Part shown: positions 10,169-20,333 of the stretch, in pieces
Position numbering within the stretch: the first letter of the stretch is position 1
Layout of the letters: each line of letters begins with the position of its first letter
Notes under the pieces: model-generated
The model's database searches: none
What the model saw: only the letters and a program-made list of their open reading frames with translations
What the model was told of the DNA's origin: nothing
Translations under genes and position numbers: made by a program
Source of the DNA: an uncultured Bacilli bacterium
GTDB taxonomy: Bacteria; Bacillota_I; Bacilli_A; RF39; UBA660
DNA: 51,083 nt
Direction: 5' to 3'
NCBI GenBank assembly: GCA_947624175.1
Contig: CANQJD010000003.1
Span: forward strand, 1 to 51,083

Positions 10169-12304
10169 ATGATGAAAATCGTTAAAAGAAATGGTAAAAT
10201 CGTTGATTATGATGCCGAGAAAATTCGAATAGCAATCAAAAAAGCCAACAATGACGTTTCAGATGAAGATAAAGCAAGTGATACTGAAATAAATAAGATA
10301 ATTAAATATATTGAAAACTCGAATAAAAATAAAAAGAGATTATTAGTTGAAGATATTCAAGATATTATTGAAAAAAAATTAGTTGAATTAAATAAATATG
10401 AATTATCAAAAGCCTATATGTTATATCGTTATGAAAGAGAATTGATAAGAAAGGCTAACACAACTGACGAGTCAATTTTAACCTTAATTAAGAATAGCAA
10501 TAAAGAAGTTATGGAAGAAAATTCCAATAAAAATGCCACGACTGCTTCTACACAAAGAGATTTAATTGCTGGTGAAGTATCTAAAGATTTAACAAAACGC
10601 ATTCTTTTACCCGAAAAGATAAGTCAAGCCCATGAAGATGGAGTTTTGCATTTCCATGATGCGGATTATTTTGTCCAACCAATCTTCAATTGTTGTTTAA
10701 TTAACATCGAAGATATGTTAGATAATGGAACGGTTATGAATGGAAAGTTAATTGAAACACCTAAAAGTTTTCAAGTTGCTTGTACGGTTTTAACTCAAAT
10801 AATTGCTGCGGTTGCCTCAGGTCAATATGGAGGACAATCCGTTAATATTAGTCATTTAAGTAAATATTTAAAGAAAAGTGAAGATAAATTTAAACGGAAT
10901 TTCACAAAAAAATATAAAGATAGATTTTCTAAAGAAGAAATAACCGAACTTGTTAAAGATAGACTTCAAGAAGAATTATCAGCTGGAGTTCAAACTATTC
11001 AATATCAAATTAATACCCTAATGACCACGAATGGTCAAGCCCCTTTTGTAACCATATTTATGTATTTAGACAAGAATGATCCTTATTTAAAATATACAGC
11101 CATGATTATTGAAGAGATTATAAAACAAAGATATCAAGGTATTAAAAATGAACAAGGAGTCTATATAACTCCCGCTTTTCCTAAACTTATCTATGTTTTA
11201 GATGAAAATAATGCTCTTAAAGGTGGTAAGTATGATTATATAACTCGTCTTGCCGTTAAATGTTCTAGTAAACGACTTTACCCTGATTATATAAGTGCTA
11301 AAAAGATGCGAGAAAATTATGAAGGAAATGTCTTTAGTCCTATGGGATGTAGGAGTTTCTTATCCCCATATAAAGATGAGGATGGAGAATATAAGTTTGA
11401 AGGACGATTTAATCAAGGAGTAGTGAGTATTAACTTACCTCAAATTGCTATTTTAGCTGATAAAGATGAGAAAAAATTCTTTGAACTTTTAGATGAAAGA
11501 CTTGATTTATGTTATGATGCTTTGATGTGTAGACATCATGCTTTACTTGGTACTTTATCAAATATCTCCCCTATTCATTGGCAGTATGGAGCAATTGCAA
11601 GACTTGATAAAAATGAAGTTATTGATAAATATTTAAAAAATGGTTATTCAACAATTTCTTTAGGTTATATTGGTATCTATGAAATGACCAAGTTAATGAA
11701 AGGTGTATCCCACACTGACCCCGTTGGTAAAGCGTTCGCGATTAAAGTTATGAAAACAATGCGAGCAAGATGTGATAAATGGAAAAAAGAAACAGGAATT
11801 GGCTTTGGTTTATATGGAACACCAGCTGAATCGTTATGTTATAGGTTTGCCCGGATTGATAAAGAAAAATTTGGTAGTATTAAAGATATAACTGATAAAG
11901 GTTATTATACAAATTCTTATCATGTTGATGTCAGAGAAGAAATTGATGCTTTTTCTAAACTTAAATTTGAAAGTGAATTTCAAACGATTTCATCAGGTGG
12001 AGCCATTTCTTATGTTGAAATACCAAATATGGAAAATAATCTAGAGGCTTTAGAAGAATTAGTTAAGTTTATCTATGATAATATTCAATATGCTGAATTT
12101 AATACGAAAAGTGATTATTGCCATGTCTGTGGGTTTGATGGAGAAATCATAATCAATGATGATTTAGAATGGGAATGTCCTAATTGCCACAACAAAGATA
12201 AAAATAAAATGAATGTTACAAGACGAACTTGTGGTTATTTAGGAGAGAACTTTTGGAATGTTGGTAAAACCAAAGAAATAAAAGACAGGGTTTTACATTT
12301 GTAG
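10169..12304 (+). CDS. nrdD: Anaerobic (class III) ribonucleoside-triphosphate reductase
   Basis: N-terminal ATP-cone, FNCCL, MGCRS, TPAESL, two CxxC, RRTCGYL glycyl radical motif. Confidence 0.97.
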   Translation: MMKIVKRNGKIVDYDAEKIRIAIKKANNDVSDEDKASDTEINKIIKYIENSNKNKKRLLVEDIQDIIEKKLVELNKYELSKAYMLYRYERELIRKANTTDESILTLIKNSNKEVMEENSNKNATTASTQRDLIAGEVSKDLTKRILLPEKISQAHEDGVLHFHDADYFVQPIFNCCLINIEDMLDNGTVMNGKLIETPKSFQVACTVLTQIIAAVASGQYGGQSVNISHLSKYLKKSEDKFKRNFTKKYKDRFSKEEITELVKDRLQEELSAGVQTIQYQINTLMTTNGQAPFVTIFMYLDKNDPYLKYTAMIIEEIIKQRYQGIKNEQGVYITPAFPKLIYVLDENNALKGGKYDYITRLAVKCSSKRLYPDYISAKKMRENYEGNVFSPMGCRSFLSPYKDEDGEYKFEGRFNQGVVSINLPQIAILADKDEKKFFELLDERLDLCYDALMCRHHALLGTLSNISPIHWQYGAIARLDKNEVIDKYLKNGYSTISLGYIGIYEMTKLMKGVSHTDPVGKAFAIKVMKTMRARCDKWKKETGIGFGLYGTPAESLCYRFARIDKEKFGSIKDITDKGYYTNSYHVDVREEIDAFSKLKFESEFQTISSGGAISYVEIPNMENNLEALEELVKFIYDNIQYAEFNTKSDYCHVCGFDGEIIINDDLEWECPNCHNKDKNKMNVTRRTCGYLGENFWNVGKTKEIKDRVLHL

Positions 12305-12310
12305 GTTGAT

Positions 12311-12847
12311 ATGAAATATGCAAAGATAAAAAAATGTGATGTTAGTAATGGTCCAGGTGTTCGAGTTTCTCTATTTGTCTCTGGTTGTAATCGTCATTGT
12401 CAAGGATGTTTCAATGAAGAAGCCTGGGACTTTGAATATGGAGACGAGTTTACAAATAAAGAAATTGATGAAATTATTAACCTCCTAGAACCAAGTTATA
12501 TAAGTGGTTTATCAATTCTTGGTGGTGAACCTTTAGAACTAATTAATCAAGAAGGACTTATTCCTTTATTAAAAAAAGTTCGAGAAGTCTATAAAGATAA
12601 AAAAAATATTTGGCTTTATACGGGATATACCTATGAAGATATCTTAAAAATGCCTAACCAAAAAATCAAAGAAATCTTAAAATCAATAGATGTTTTAGTT
12701 GATGGAGAATTTAAAGAAGATTTAAAAGACCCTCTACTCTACTTTCGAGGTTCTAGTAATCAAAGAATAATCGACATCAAACAGACTCTAAAAAATAAAA
12801 AAGTTATCTTACATGAAAAAAATAGAAGGAGAGATAGAAAATGTTAG
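12311..12847 (+). CDS. nrdG: Anaerobic RNR activating radical SAM protein
   Basis: NGPGVRVSLFVSGCNRHCQGCFN, GGEP, RGSSNQ. Confidence 0.96.
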   Translation: MKYAKIKKCDVSNGPGVRVSLFVSGCNRHCQGCFNEEAWDFEYGDEFTNKEIDEIINLLEPSYISGLSILGGEPLELINQEGLIPLLKKVREVYKDKKNIWLYTGYTYEDILKMPNQKIKEILKSIDVLVDGEFKEDLKDPLLYFRGSSNQRIIDIKQTLKNKKVILHEKNRRRDRKC

Positions 12848-13281
12848 AAGATAAGTTACAAATTAAAAAATTAGATGAAAGGGCTACCATTCCAACTTAT
12901 GGAACGATTGACTCAGCAGCAGCTGATTTATATGCAGTTTTAGATAGTGAAGCAACTATTGAGCCTGGTGAAATGTTAATGATTGGAACGGGACTAGCGA
13001 TGGCTATTCCTAAAGGTTATGTGGGACTTGTATATGCTAGAAGTTCTTTGGGAAGTAAAAAAGGCCTTGCTCCTGCTAATAAAGTTGGAGTAATTGATGC
13101 TGACTATCGAGGAGAAGTAAAGGTGCCTTTATTTAATCACTCTAAAATTCCTCAAACAGTAAGTCCAAATGAAAGAATTGCTCAAATAATTTTTACCCCT
13201 TATTTAAAAGCTAATTTCCGTGAAGTAGATGAGCTTGATACAACTGAACGAGGCGAAGGAGGATTTGGTTCAACCAACTAA
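12841..13281 (+). CDS. dut: dUTP diphosphatase
   Basis: AAADL, RSSL, GVIDADYRGE, RIAQ, RGEGGFGST. Confidence 0.96.
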   Translation: MLEDKLQIKKLDERATIPTYGTIDSAAADLYAVLDSEATIEPGEMLMIGTGLAMAIPKGYVGLVYARSSLGSKKGLAPANKVGVIDADYRGEVKVPLFNHSKIPQTVSPNERIAQIIFTPYLKANFREVDELDTTERGEGGFGSTN

Positions 13282-13292
13282 ATCTTTTTTTC

Positions 13293-13321
13293 TTGCTTTT
13301 TTCGAAGTTTTGTAGTATAAT
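13293..13321 (+). promoter_or_regulatory. Sigma-A type promoter for the three-paralog operon
   Basis: TTGCTT-N17-TATAAT, followed by AGGGGAG RBS. Confidence 0.6.
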
Positions 13322-13345
13322 ATACCGAGGAAAAGGGGAGATACT

Positions 13346-14383
13346 ATGCAAAACAAAGAAATTTTACGTAAAAAACGTCAAGAATTAGTCTATTTAGAAT
13401 ATATAAAATTGATTAATTCAAAAGAAAATATTTTAGTTGGAATTGAGGTAATTTTAGAAAAAGTTAAAATGTCTCTTTCCAAATTTATTCAAACATTAAT
13501 GGATTATATTAAAGAAAATACAGATGATGATGATTATTCTTTAATCTTTGATACTTTACTAGAAATAGATAATCCAGAAGAATATTTAAAACAAAATCAT
13601 ATTCCAGGAGATTTCTTAAGAGATAACTTAAATAATTACTTATTATATAAAAGACCTGATATCTTATTTACTAATAAAAAATTACTTCATACATTAGAAA
13701 GATTAGTTAAATATAATGAAAAACTATGGCAAAATACTTTAACTAAAGAAAAGTTTAAAGAAGAAAGTTTACCTAAAATTAAAAGTTTTGTAAACGAATT
13801 CTTAAGTTTACCTTATTCAATTGAAAGATTTGCATCTGCAAAGAAAATAAGTAAACATTTTTTTAATGTTAATGAAGGTTTTTATGTTAGACAACTAGCT
13901 ATTCATGACCAAGTATTATATAAAAAACTTACTGAAAATATAATCTTAAGAGAACAAACTAAATTTGAAAATATTTCAAATGATATTACTAAAATTTTAG
14001 ATTTAATTAATACTAAAAACGAAAATTTTGATTCTCTAGATTTTTATCAAGCAACTCTTTATAGTCCAATTGAAGTTATGGAAGTTGCTGATAAAATATT
14101 AGATTCTGATAATTTAAAGAAATTCCAAATCTATATTGGTAAATATAAACATCATAGTCATACTAATAAATATACAAATTGTAATATTAAAAACGAATTA
14201 TTAAAAAATAAATTTTCAATTAGTTTAGATGATAACTTAATTGAAACAACTTTAGAAGATAGAACTTCGATTATTAATTATTTAGATGAAAATTTTATTC
14301 CTATTAACTCTATTACATTTTTAGATGCTTGTAAAAGATTTTATAAACATGAATTAATAGAAAATAAAGAGAAGGTGAAATAA
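13346..14383 (+). CDS. Hypothetical protein, paralog 1 of tandem family
   Basis: Shares YSIERF, DFYQATLYSP, ETT.E.R and IPIN motifs with the next two ORFs. Confidence 0.75.
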   Translation: MQNKEILRKKRQELVYLEYIKLINSKENILVGIEVILEKVKMSLSKFIQTLMDYIKENTDDDDYSLIFDTLLEIDNPEEYLKQNHIPGDFLRDNLNNYLLYKRPDILFTNKKLLHTLERLVKYNEKLWQNTLTKEKFKEESLPKIKSFVNEFLSLPYSIERFASAKKISKHFFNVNEGFYVRQLAIHDQVLYKKLTENIILREQTKFENISNDITKILDLINTKNENFDSLDFYQATLYSPIEVMEVADKILDSDNLKKFQIYIGKYKHHSHTNKYTNCNIKNELLKNKFSISLDDNLIETTLEDRTSIINYLDENFIPINSITFLDACKRFYKHELIENKEKVK

Positions 14384-15384
14384 TGGTAACTAATAGTATG
14401 GGATTAGAAATATATCAAAAGTATTTAAAACTTTTAACTTCTAACGAAAATCTTCTTATTGGAATTGAAACAATAGCAGATGACTATGAAGTTGAATCAG
14501 ATAAAATAATTAAATTATTACAACAATATATTGACAATTATGTTAAAAAACCAGATTATGCTATTTTATTTGATAATTTAAGATGTGTTGAAGATAAAAA
14601 TACTTATTTAGAAGATTTAGGTATTACACCTGATTATTTAAAAGAACATCTAGAAGAATACTTACGTTTCTATAAACCTGAAATTAGTCTTAAAAATAAT
14701 AAACGTTCAAGAGTATTTGATAATATTATTAAAAGTTATGAAGCTTATTTAAGAGGTCCCAAATTAGGTTCAACTCTCGAAGAAGTAAAACCTATAACGG
14801 AAGAATTTATTAAATCAGAATATGGTCTTGAAAGATTTTGTATTAAATATCATCTAGACCCTAATTACTTTAGTTTTAGTAAAGGAAGTTATATTACAGC
14901 CTTAAAAAAAGACCCTATTCTATATAAAAGATTTATAGAAAATTTAGAATTGAAAGAAAAGATTAAATATGAGCATATAGAAGATGATATAAGTGTTATA
15001 TTAAATTGTATTCATAACTTGGGTGATGAATTTTCAGCCATTGATCTATTTCAATTAACAAAATTTGGTCCTCATGAATTATTATCTTTTGCTGATGAAT
15101 ATCTTCCTCCTCTAGAATTAAAATTATTTAGAAAACATATAGGTATAGCATATAGAAATTTTGCAACTCATGGTAATATTATGAATAATCTTCGAAGTGA
15201 TGCCTTAATTAAAACTAGATACATGTTAACAATTGATAATGAACAATTTGAAACAACTGAAGAATTTAGGAGTGAAGTTGTAGAATTTTTAAGAGAAAAA
15301 GATATTCCAATTAATACTGAAATATTCCATATTGCTTGTGTTAGACATTATAAAAATAATTTAATTAAGAATTATGTAAGGTGA
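14383..15384 (+). CDS. Hypothetical protein, paralog 2 of tandem family
   Basis: YGLERF, DLFQLTKFGP, ETTEEFR, IPIN; TAATG stop/start overlap. Confidence 0.75.
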   Translation: MVTNSMGLEIYQKYLKLLTSNENLLIGIETIADDYEVESDKIIKLLQQYIDNYVKKPDYAILFDNLRCVEDKNTYLEDLGITPDYLKEHLEEYLRFYKPEISLKNNKRSRVFDNIIKSYEAYLRGPKLGSTLEEVKPITEEFIKSEYGLERFCIKYHLDPNYFSFSKGSYITALKKDPILYKRFIENLELKEKIKYEHIEDDISVILNCIHNLGDEFSAIDLFQLTKFGPHELLSFADEYLPPLELKLFRKHIGIAYRNFATHGNIMNNLRSDALIKTRYMLTIDNEQFETTEEFRSEVVEFLREKDIPINTEIFHIACVRHYKNNLIKNYVR

Positions 15385-15388
15385 TAAA

Positions 15389-16408
15389 ATGAAAAATTCA
15401 ATAGATGAAATAATTGCTTATAATGAATATATGAATTATTTAGCAAATAACTACAATGATCCATATGGTATTGATAAAATAATTGATAAATTAGGTACTG
15501 ATTACAGAAGATTCTTTGATAATTTAATTAGTTATATTGATAAAAATATTAAAAAACCTAAATATGTATTAATTTTTGAAAGAATCTTAGAAGCTATAAT
15601 CTATGATACTAATCTTGATGTTAATAAATATCTTTATAATAATGGTATTACTCCTGAAGAATTACAAACTAATTTAAATAAGTTTCTTAATTACTTTAGA
15701 CCTGATATGAAATATACAAATGAAAATTTACCTCGATTACATGCTATTTTACAAAAATATACAGAATATTCTAGAAAGATTAAAGAGACTAATGCTTTAA
15801 TAGAGACTAAAGATGCTATATCAAAAAGAATTATTTTAGAATTTATTAATTCTCCATATAGTTTAGAAAGATTTATTTTACCTAAAAGATTAACATCAGC
15901 TGATTTTAATAAAATATTAGATTTTACAAGACAACATGATAAAGTTAATTATCAATTATTTCAAGATAGTATGAATAGGAAAGAAGAAATAAAAAATGCA
16001 ACTATTGAAAGTGATATCTTAACTATTTTAACTTTAATTAAAGAATTAAAAGATGATTTTACAAGTGTTGATTTATTTAAAGCTACTTTATATGGTCCAA
16101 GAGAATTAGTTAAAGCAGCGGATACATATTTAACTGGAGAAGACTTAAAATTATTTAGGTCTCAAGTTAATAAATATCGTATATATACTTTTACAACAAC
16201 TATTCTAACTGATAGTGCTACTGAAGGTTTAATCAAGACTAAACTTAATTTAACAATTAATAATGAATTAGTAGAAACAACGGAAGAAGAAAGACAATCA
16301 ATAGTTGATGATTTAAATAGTCACTCTATTCCTATTACTTCTAAAACTTTCTTTGATGCTTATAACAAATATTATCAAGATAAGAAAGTTAAAACTTATA
16401 AAGCATAG
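15389..16408 (+). CDS. Hypothetical protein, paralog 3 of tandem family
   Basis: YSLERF, DLFKATLYGP, ETTEEER, IPIT. Confidence 0.75.
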   Translation: MKNSIDEIIAYNEYMNYLANNYNDPYGIDKIIDKLGTDYRRFFDNLISYIDKNIKKPKYVLIFERILEAIIYDTNLDVNKYLYNNGITPEELQTNLNKFLNYFRPDMKYTNENLPRLHAILQKYTEYSRKIKETNALIETKDAISKRIILEFINSPYSLERFILPKRLTSADFNKILDFTRQHDKVNYQLFQDSMNRKEEIKNATIESDILTILTLIKELKDDFTSVDLFKATLYGPRELVKAADTYLTGEDLKLFRSQVNKYRIYTFTTTILTDSATEGLIKTKLNLTINNELVETTEEERQSIVDDLNSHSIPITSKTFFDAYNKYYQDKKVKTYKA

Positions 16409-16693
16409 AATTTCTATGTTTTTTTTCATATAATTAAGCGATTTTAAAACAATGACAGAGTTTTTAAGTGCAATAGTTTTATATTTAAAGTGCAAAAATT
16501 GCACTTTAGATATTTACATAGTATTATACTATTTTATAATGCTTATCTTTCATAATTTTATTTCTATTTTTATAGGTCACCAAGTATAAAAACACTCAAA
16601 CAACTATAAATAATGGATAAGACATTTTTTTATTAATAAAGTATCAAAATTGGGAATGTATTATAAAGCATAGAATTTCTATGTTTTTTTCAT
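16396..16693 (+). repeat. About 33-bp direct repeat containing a terminator (16396-16429 and 16661-16693)
   Basis: TTATAAAGCATAGAATTTCTATG-T(8/7)-CAT occurs twice; internal hairpin CATAGAA/TTCTATG plus T tract. Confidence 0.85.
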
Positions 16694-16733
16694 TATCTAA
16701 TATTTTTTTCATATAATTAGGTGAGGTGAAATT

Positions 16734-17363
16734 TTGAATACTTATATTGTTAAAGAAAATGATAATTTATATGATATAGCTAAACAGTTTAATACTTCCG
16801 TTTCTGTATTAAAAGCCTTGAATAATTTAGAATCAAATATTTTACAAATTGGTCAAGAATTAAAACTTCCAACAAGTATTGTCGAGGAAACTCCTCCAAG
16901 TGATTACTTAATTTATACTGTAAAACCTGGTGATAATTTATATAATATTGCTAAAACTTATGGTATAACTTTAGAAGAATTAATTAACTTTAATGAACAA
17001 GGTACTACTCTTTTAAAGATTGGAGAACAACTTTTAATTCCAGTTAAAGCAAATGATACTAATAATCTAACTTATGTTGTAAAACCAGGAGATACTTTAT
17101 ATAATATAGCAAAACGTTATAATACAACTGTTGATACTTTAAAAGATTTAAATAATTTAGATAGTAATTTATTAAAAATAGGAGAAACTTTAATTATTCC
17201 TGAAACTAGTAATTATCAAACTTATGTTGTAAAAGATAATGATACTCTTGAAAGTATTGCTGATTATTTTAATGTTACAACAGAAGACATTGAAAGAGTT
17301 AATAATATGTTAACTGATGATGTTTTAATAGGTCAAATTCTTTTAATTCCAAAATCTAAATAG
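16734..17363 (+). CDS. LysM-repeat protein (four LysM domains)
   Basis: Four Y.VK.(G/N)D.L..IA..(F/Y)...V..L...NNL....L.IG..L.IP repeats; TTG start with GAGGTG RBS. Confidence 0.93.
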   Translation: MNTYIVKENDNLYDIAKQFNTSVSVLKALNNLESNILQIGQELKLPTSIVEETPPSDYLIYTVKPGDNLYNIAKTYGITLEELINFNEQGTTLLKIGEQLLIPVKANDTNNLTYVVKPGDTLYNIAKRYNTTVDTLKDLNNLDSNLLKIGETLIIPETSNYQTYVVKDNDTLESIADYFNVTTEDIERVNNMLTDDVLIGQILLIPKSK

Positions 17364-17402
17364 AACTATCGCAAGATAGTTTTAATTATGAAAAAAAGAA
17401 GA

Positions 17403-18542
17403 CTAATCTTCTTTATATTCCGTTAATTTGACTTTCGTTGTTTTTTCTTTACCATCTCTTAAATAAGTAATAGTAATAGTATCTCCAACTTTATATTTAT
17501 ATAATTCATATCTTAAATAAGCAACGCTATCAGTACTTTCACCATTTAATTTAGTAATAACATCACCCTTCTTTAAATCAGATTTACTTGCTCCAGAATC
17601 TTTAGTAACTTCAACAACTACAACTCCTGATGTAATATCTTGGTCTAACATAATACCATTTCGATATAGACTATAAGTATCAGTTACATTAACCATACTA
17701 ATTCCAAGCATTGGTCTTACAATGGCTTGTCCTTTTTCTAAACTATCAATATGACTCATAGCATATTCAATTGGAATAGCAAAGCCCATATTTTCAACTT
17801 CCGTTTCGACAAGTTTTAAAGAAATTATTCCAATTACTTCCCCCTCTGCATTAAGAAGTGGACCACCACTATTACCAGGGTTAACTGCTGCATTCGTTTG
17901 TAATACTTTCATAACCCAGTCATTACTACTTGCAATTGTAACCGTAACTGACCTATCTTTTCCTGATAAAATACCATCTGTTACAGTTCCTCGATATTCA
18001 TATCCTAAAGGTGAACCAATCGTGAACACAGTATCTCCTAATTTAGACTTTTCACTAGTTCCAATTGCAACTTTATCTATCATATCACTTTTAGCAATCT
18101 GAACAACTGCTAAATCTAAATACTCATCACTTCCTAAAACTTTGCCATTAATTTCTTTATCATCACTTCTAATCAATGTTACTTTACTTGCCCCATCAAT
18201 TACATGATGATTAGTCATTACATAAGCATATTTATCATCACTCTTATAAACAAAGCCACTTCCCGTTGATTGAACAGTCGTATCATTCTTATAATTACGA
18301 ATCATCATCACGGCATCATAAGCTTTTTCAACACTTGCTGATAATGAACCATCATTTACAATAACAGTTCCACTACAAGCTCTACAAGTACTACCAGAAC
18401 TACTAGTACCAGTAGAAACCCCTAACTTTTCAAATACTCCTGTATTTATAGCAATTACATACATAAGTAATCCACCTAAAATAAAGGCTACAAACAAATA
18501 AATTACTAAATTAATATTTTTCTTTTCTTTCACAATAATCAC
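17403..18542 (-). CDS. htrA: HtrA family serine protease with PDZ domain
   Basis: N-terminal TM, TNHHV, DLAVV, NPGNSGGPL, C-terminal PDZ. Confidence 0.93.
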   Translation of the reverse strand: MIIVKEKKNINLVIYLFVAFILGGLLMYVIAINTGVFEKLGVSTGTSSSGSTCRACSGTVIVNDGSLSASVEKAYDAVMMIRNYKNDTTVQSTGSGFVYKSDDKYAYVMTNHHVIDGASKVTLIRSDDKEINGKVLGSDEYLDLAVVQIAKSDMIDKVAIGTSEKSKLGDTVFTIGSPLGYEYRGTVTDGILSGKDRSVTVTIASSNDWVMKVLQTNAAVNPGNSGGPLLNAEGEVIGIISLKLVETEVENMGFAIPIEYAMSHIDSLEKGQAIVRPMLGISMVNVTDTYSLYRNGIMLDQDITSGVVVVEVTKDSGASKSDLKKGDVITKLNGESTDSVAYLRYELYKYKVGDTITITYLRDGKEKTTKVKLTEYKED

Positions 18543-18543
18543 C

Positions 18544-19473
18544 TCAATCTAAATTCCTTAAATCATAATAATTCTTTGGAAATCCCATTCTATCTAATAC
18601 TTTATCAACACTAATTGTATGCAAGTTTAAACTTAAATTTTCTACATTATGTCTTATTTCTTCCATTAAATTAGCAAATTCTTCTTTTGATAACATCTGT
18701 TTCATAATAATAATTAAAGCAAATGAATCTTCTTTACCATAGATATATTCATCATCCATAATTGGAATATTTAATAATTTATGATACTTATTATCATCTA
18801 TTCTTCTTTGAGTTTTATTCTCAAAAACAATATCTTCATGAGCACATAAATTACGATAATTAGAAAGAATTGTTAAATAATTAGTTAATACATCAACATC
18901 AAGTTTATATATATCAGCAATTCCCATTTGGTCTTCTTTCTTTAATATCGAATATAACTCTCCAACTATTCCAAATGATAATACTTTAACTAATACCCAC
19001 AGTGGAATATATCCATAGTTATTAACATAATGCATTGTAGCCGAATGCTGGGTAGCATTAACATTAATCTGTCTTTTCATTTTTCTTAATATATCATTAA
19101 CTTGTTTTGTTTTTTCTTTATTAGTAGTAAAGTTTTTAGGAGTTAAATAATCTTTTTCTCGATAACCATATTTTAATGATAATTGATAACTAATAATTGA
19201 TTTAATATTATTTTCAATTACTAATATATTTTTAAATAATATATTTCTAAATGTTCTATCAAATAAAAATAAACTATATAATTCTTCAAAAGTAGTTCCT
19301 TCAATATATCTTTTATCAACACTACTTCTCATGAACAAATGTCTATATCCATTTAAAAAGAAATAGTTTTCACGCATTAATACTTCTTCAGTATATTCAG
19401 GATTATTAATAACTAAACCCTTACTTTTTAATATATCTATTTGTTCAACTAATGTCTTAAACTCCTTTTTCAT
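18544..19473 (-). CDS. Abi_2 (AbiD/AbiF-like) HEPN protein
   Basis: EQIDILKSKGL, TFEELYSLFLFDRTFR, IPLWV, RNLCAH (Rx4H). Confidence 0.88.
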   Translation of the reverse strand: MKKEFKTLVEQIDILKSKGLVINNPEYTEEVLMRENYFFLNGYRHLFMRSSVDKRYIEGTTFEELYSLFLFDRTFRNILFKNILVIENNIKSIISYQLSLKYGYREKDYLTPKNFTTNKEKTKQVNDILRKMKRQINVNATQHSATMHYVNNYGYIPLWVLVKVLSFGIVGELYSILKKEDQMGIADIYKLDVDVLTNYLTILSNYRNLCAHEDIVFENKTQRRIDDNKYHKLLNIPIMDDEYIYGKEDSFALIIIMKQMLSKEEFANLMEEIRHNVENLSLNLHTISVDKVLDRMGFPKNYYDLRNLD

Positions 19474-19577
19474 TCTTTATCTCTCCTACCTTTATAAGTA
19501 TATCATACTTTTCCTAAAAAAATATGTTTTTTTTATGAAATTTTCGTATTTTTTTCAAGTAAAAAGAAAAAGACTAA

Positions 19578-19883
19578 TTAATAGTCATAATGTAATCTAT
19601 TACATAATTTAATAGATTGTCTTTCACTTATTATCCTTTTCTTAAAACTTTGTTCTATATAAAAGTCAATTAAATTAACTTTCATAAGAGTTTTAATTTG
19701 AATATCTTTTCTTTTATCTATATTAGTATAATTAGCAATATAAACTAGTTCTAATAATTCATAACTATCATTAACTAATCTATTCCTAAGTTCAAAATAT
19801 TTTCTTGGATAATTAATTAAATAATCATCAAGTATCATAATAAATTCTTTAATATATTTAGCAATAGTAAACTTATCATTCAT
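19578..19883 (-). pseudogene. avd: DGR accessory variability determinant (Avd, four-helix bundle), C-terminally truncated
   Basis: NYPRKYFELRNRL...LLELVYIAN...RKDIQ...IIS pattern; the final helix ending in GW is replaced by HYDY*. Confidence 0.7.
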
Positions 19884-20235
19884 TTACAATACTAGATATA
19901 GTTTCTAGTATTCTATCTAATTTTTCAGGACTTATTTTTTTAACCTTTTCAACTAAATCTTTATAATTAGTATCTTTTTCATATTTTTCTTTTCCTAATC
20001 TTACAAATTTTAAATATTTATTTAAGTTCTTAAAGTTATTATTGTTATCTTCTCCTATAACTTCATAACTAATCTTATTTTCTTCTAATTTGTTTATTAC
20101 TTTATTAAGGGCTGATTTAGGAAACCCTACTTTATTATTTATAATTTGATAGTTAAGAAGATAATAAAGAATATAAGAATCATCGTCATAAGTACTATAA
20201 AAAGTACCGCTTCTTCTTATCTTAATAACATTCAT
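19876..20235 (-). CDS. MutS domain I-like small protein (DGR MSL-type accessory)
   Basis: SGTFYSTYDDDSYIL and KVGFPKSALNKVINKL match MutS_I motifs; overlaps the avd start. Confidence 0.72.
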   Translation of the reverse strand: MNVIKIRRSGTFYSTYDDDSYILYYLLNYQIINNKVGFPKSALNKVINKLEENKISYEVIGEDNNNNFKNLNKYLKFVRLGKEKYEKDTNYKDLVEKVKKISPEKLDRILETISSIVNE

Positions 20236-20333
20236 ATAACTATAAAACTATACCTTTCTTTATTATTTATATAGTTAAACTTTTAATCAAAACCTATTTC
20301 TACTAATGCTTAATTCCCTTGATATATAAGCCT

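Noticed and set aside
10169-12304. Intron or intein in nrdD
   Set aside because: Continuous ORF of normal length with no splicing motifs
19474-19577. DGR template repeat or abiF-type ncRNA between avd and abi
   Set aside because: A/T-only promoter-like DNA with no similarity to the VR and no structure beyond a small terminator
20236-20333. TR between target and MSL gene
   Set aside because: No AAC-rich copy of the VR or IMH
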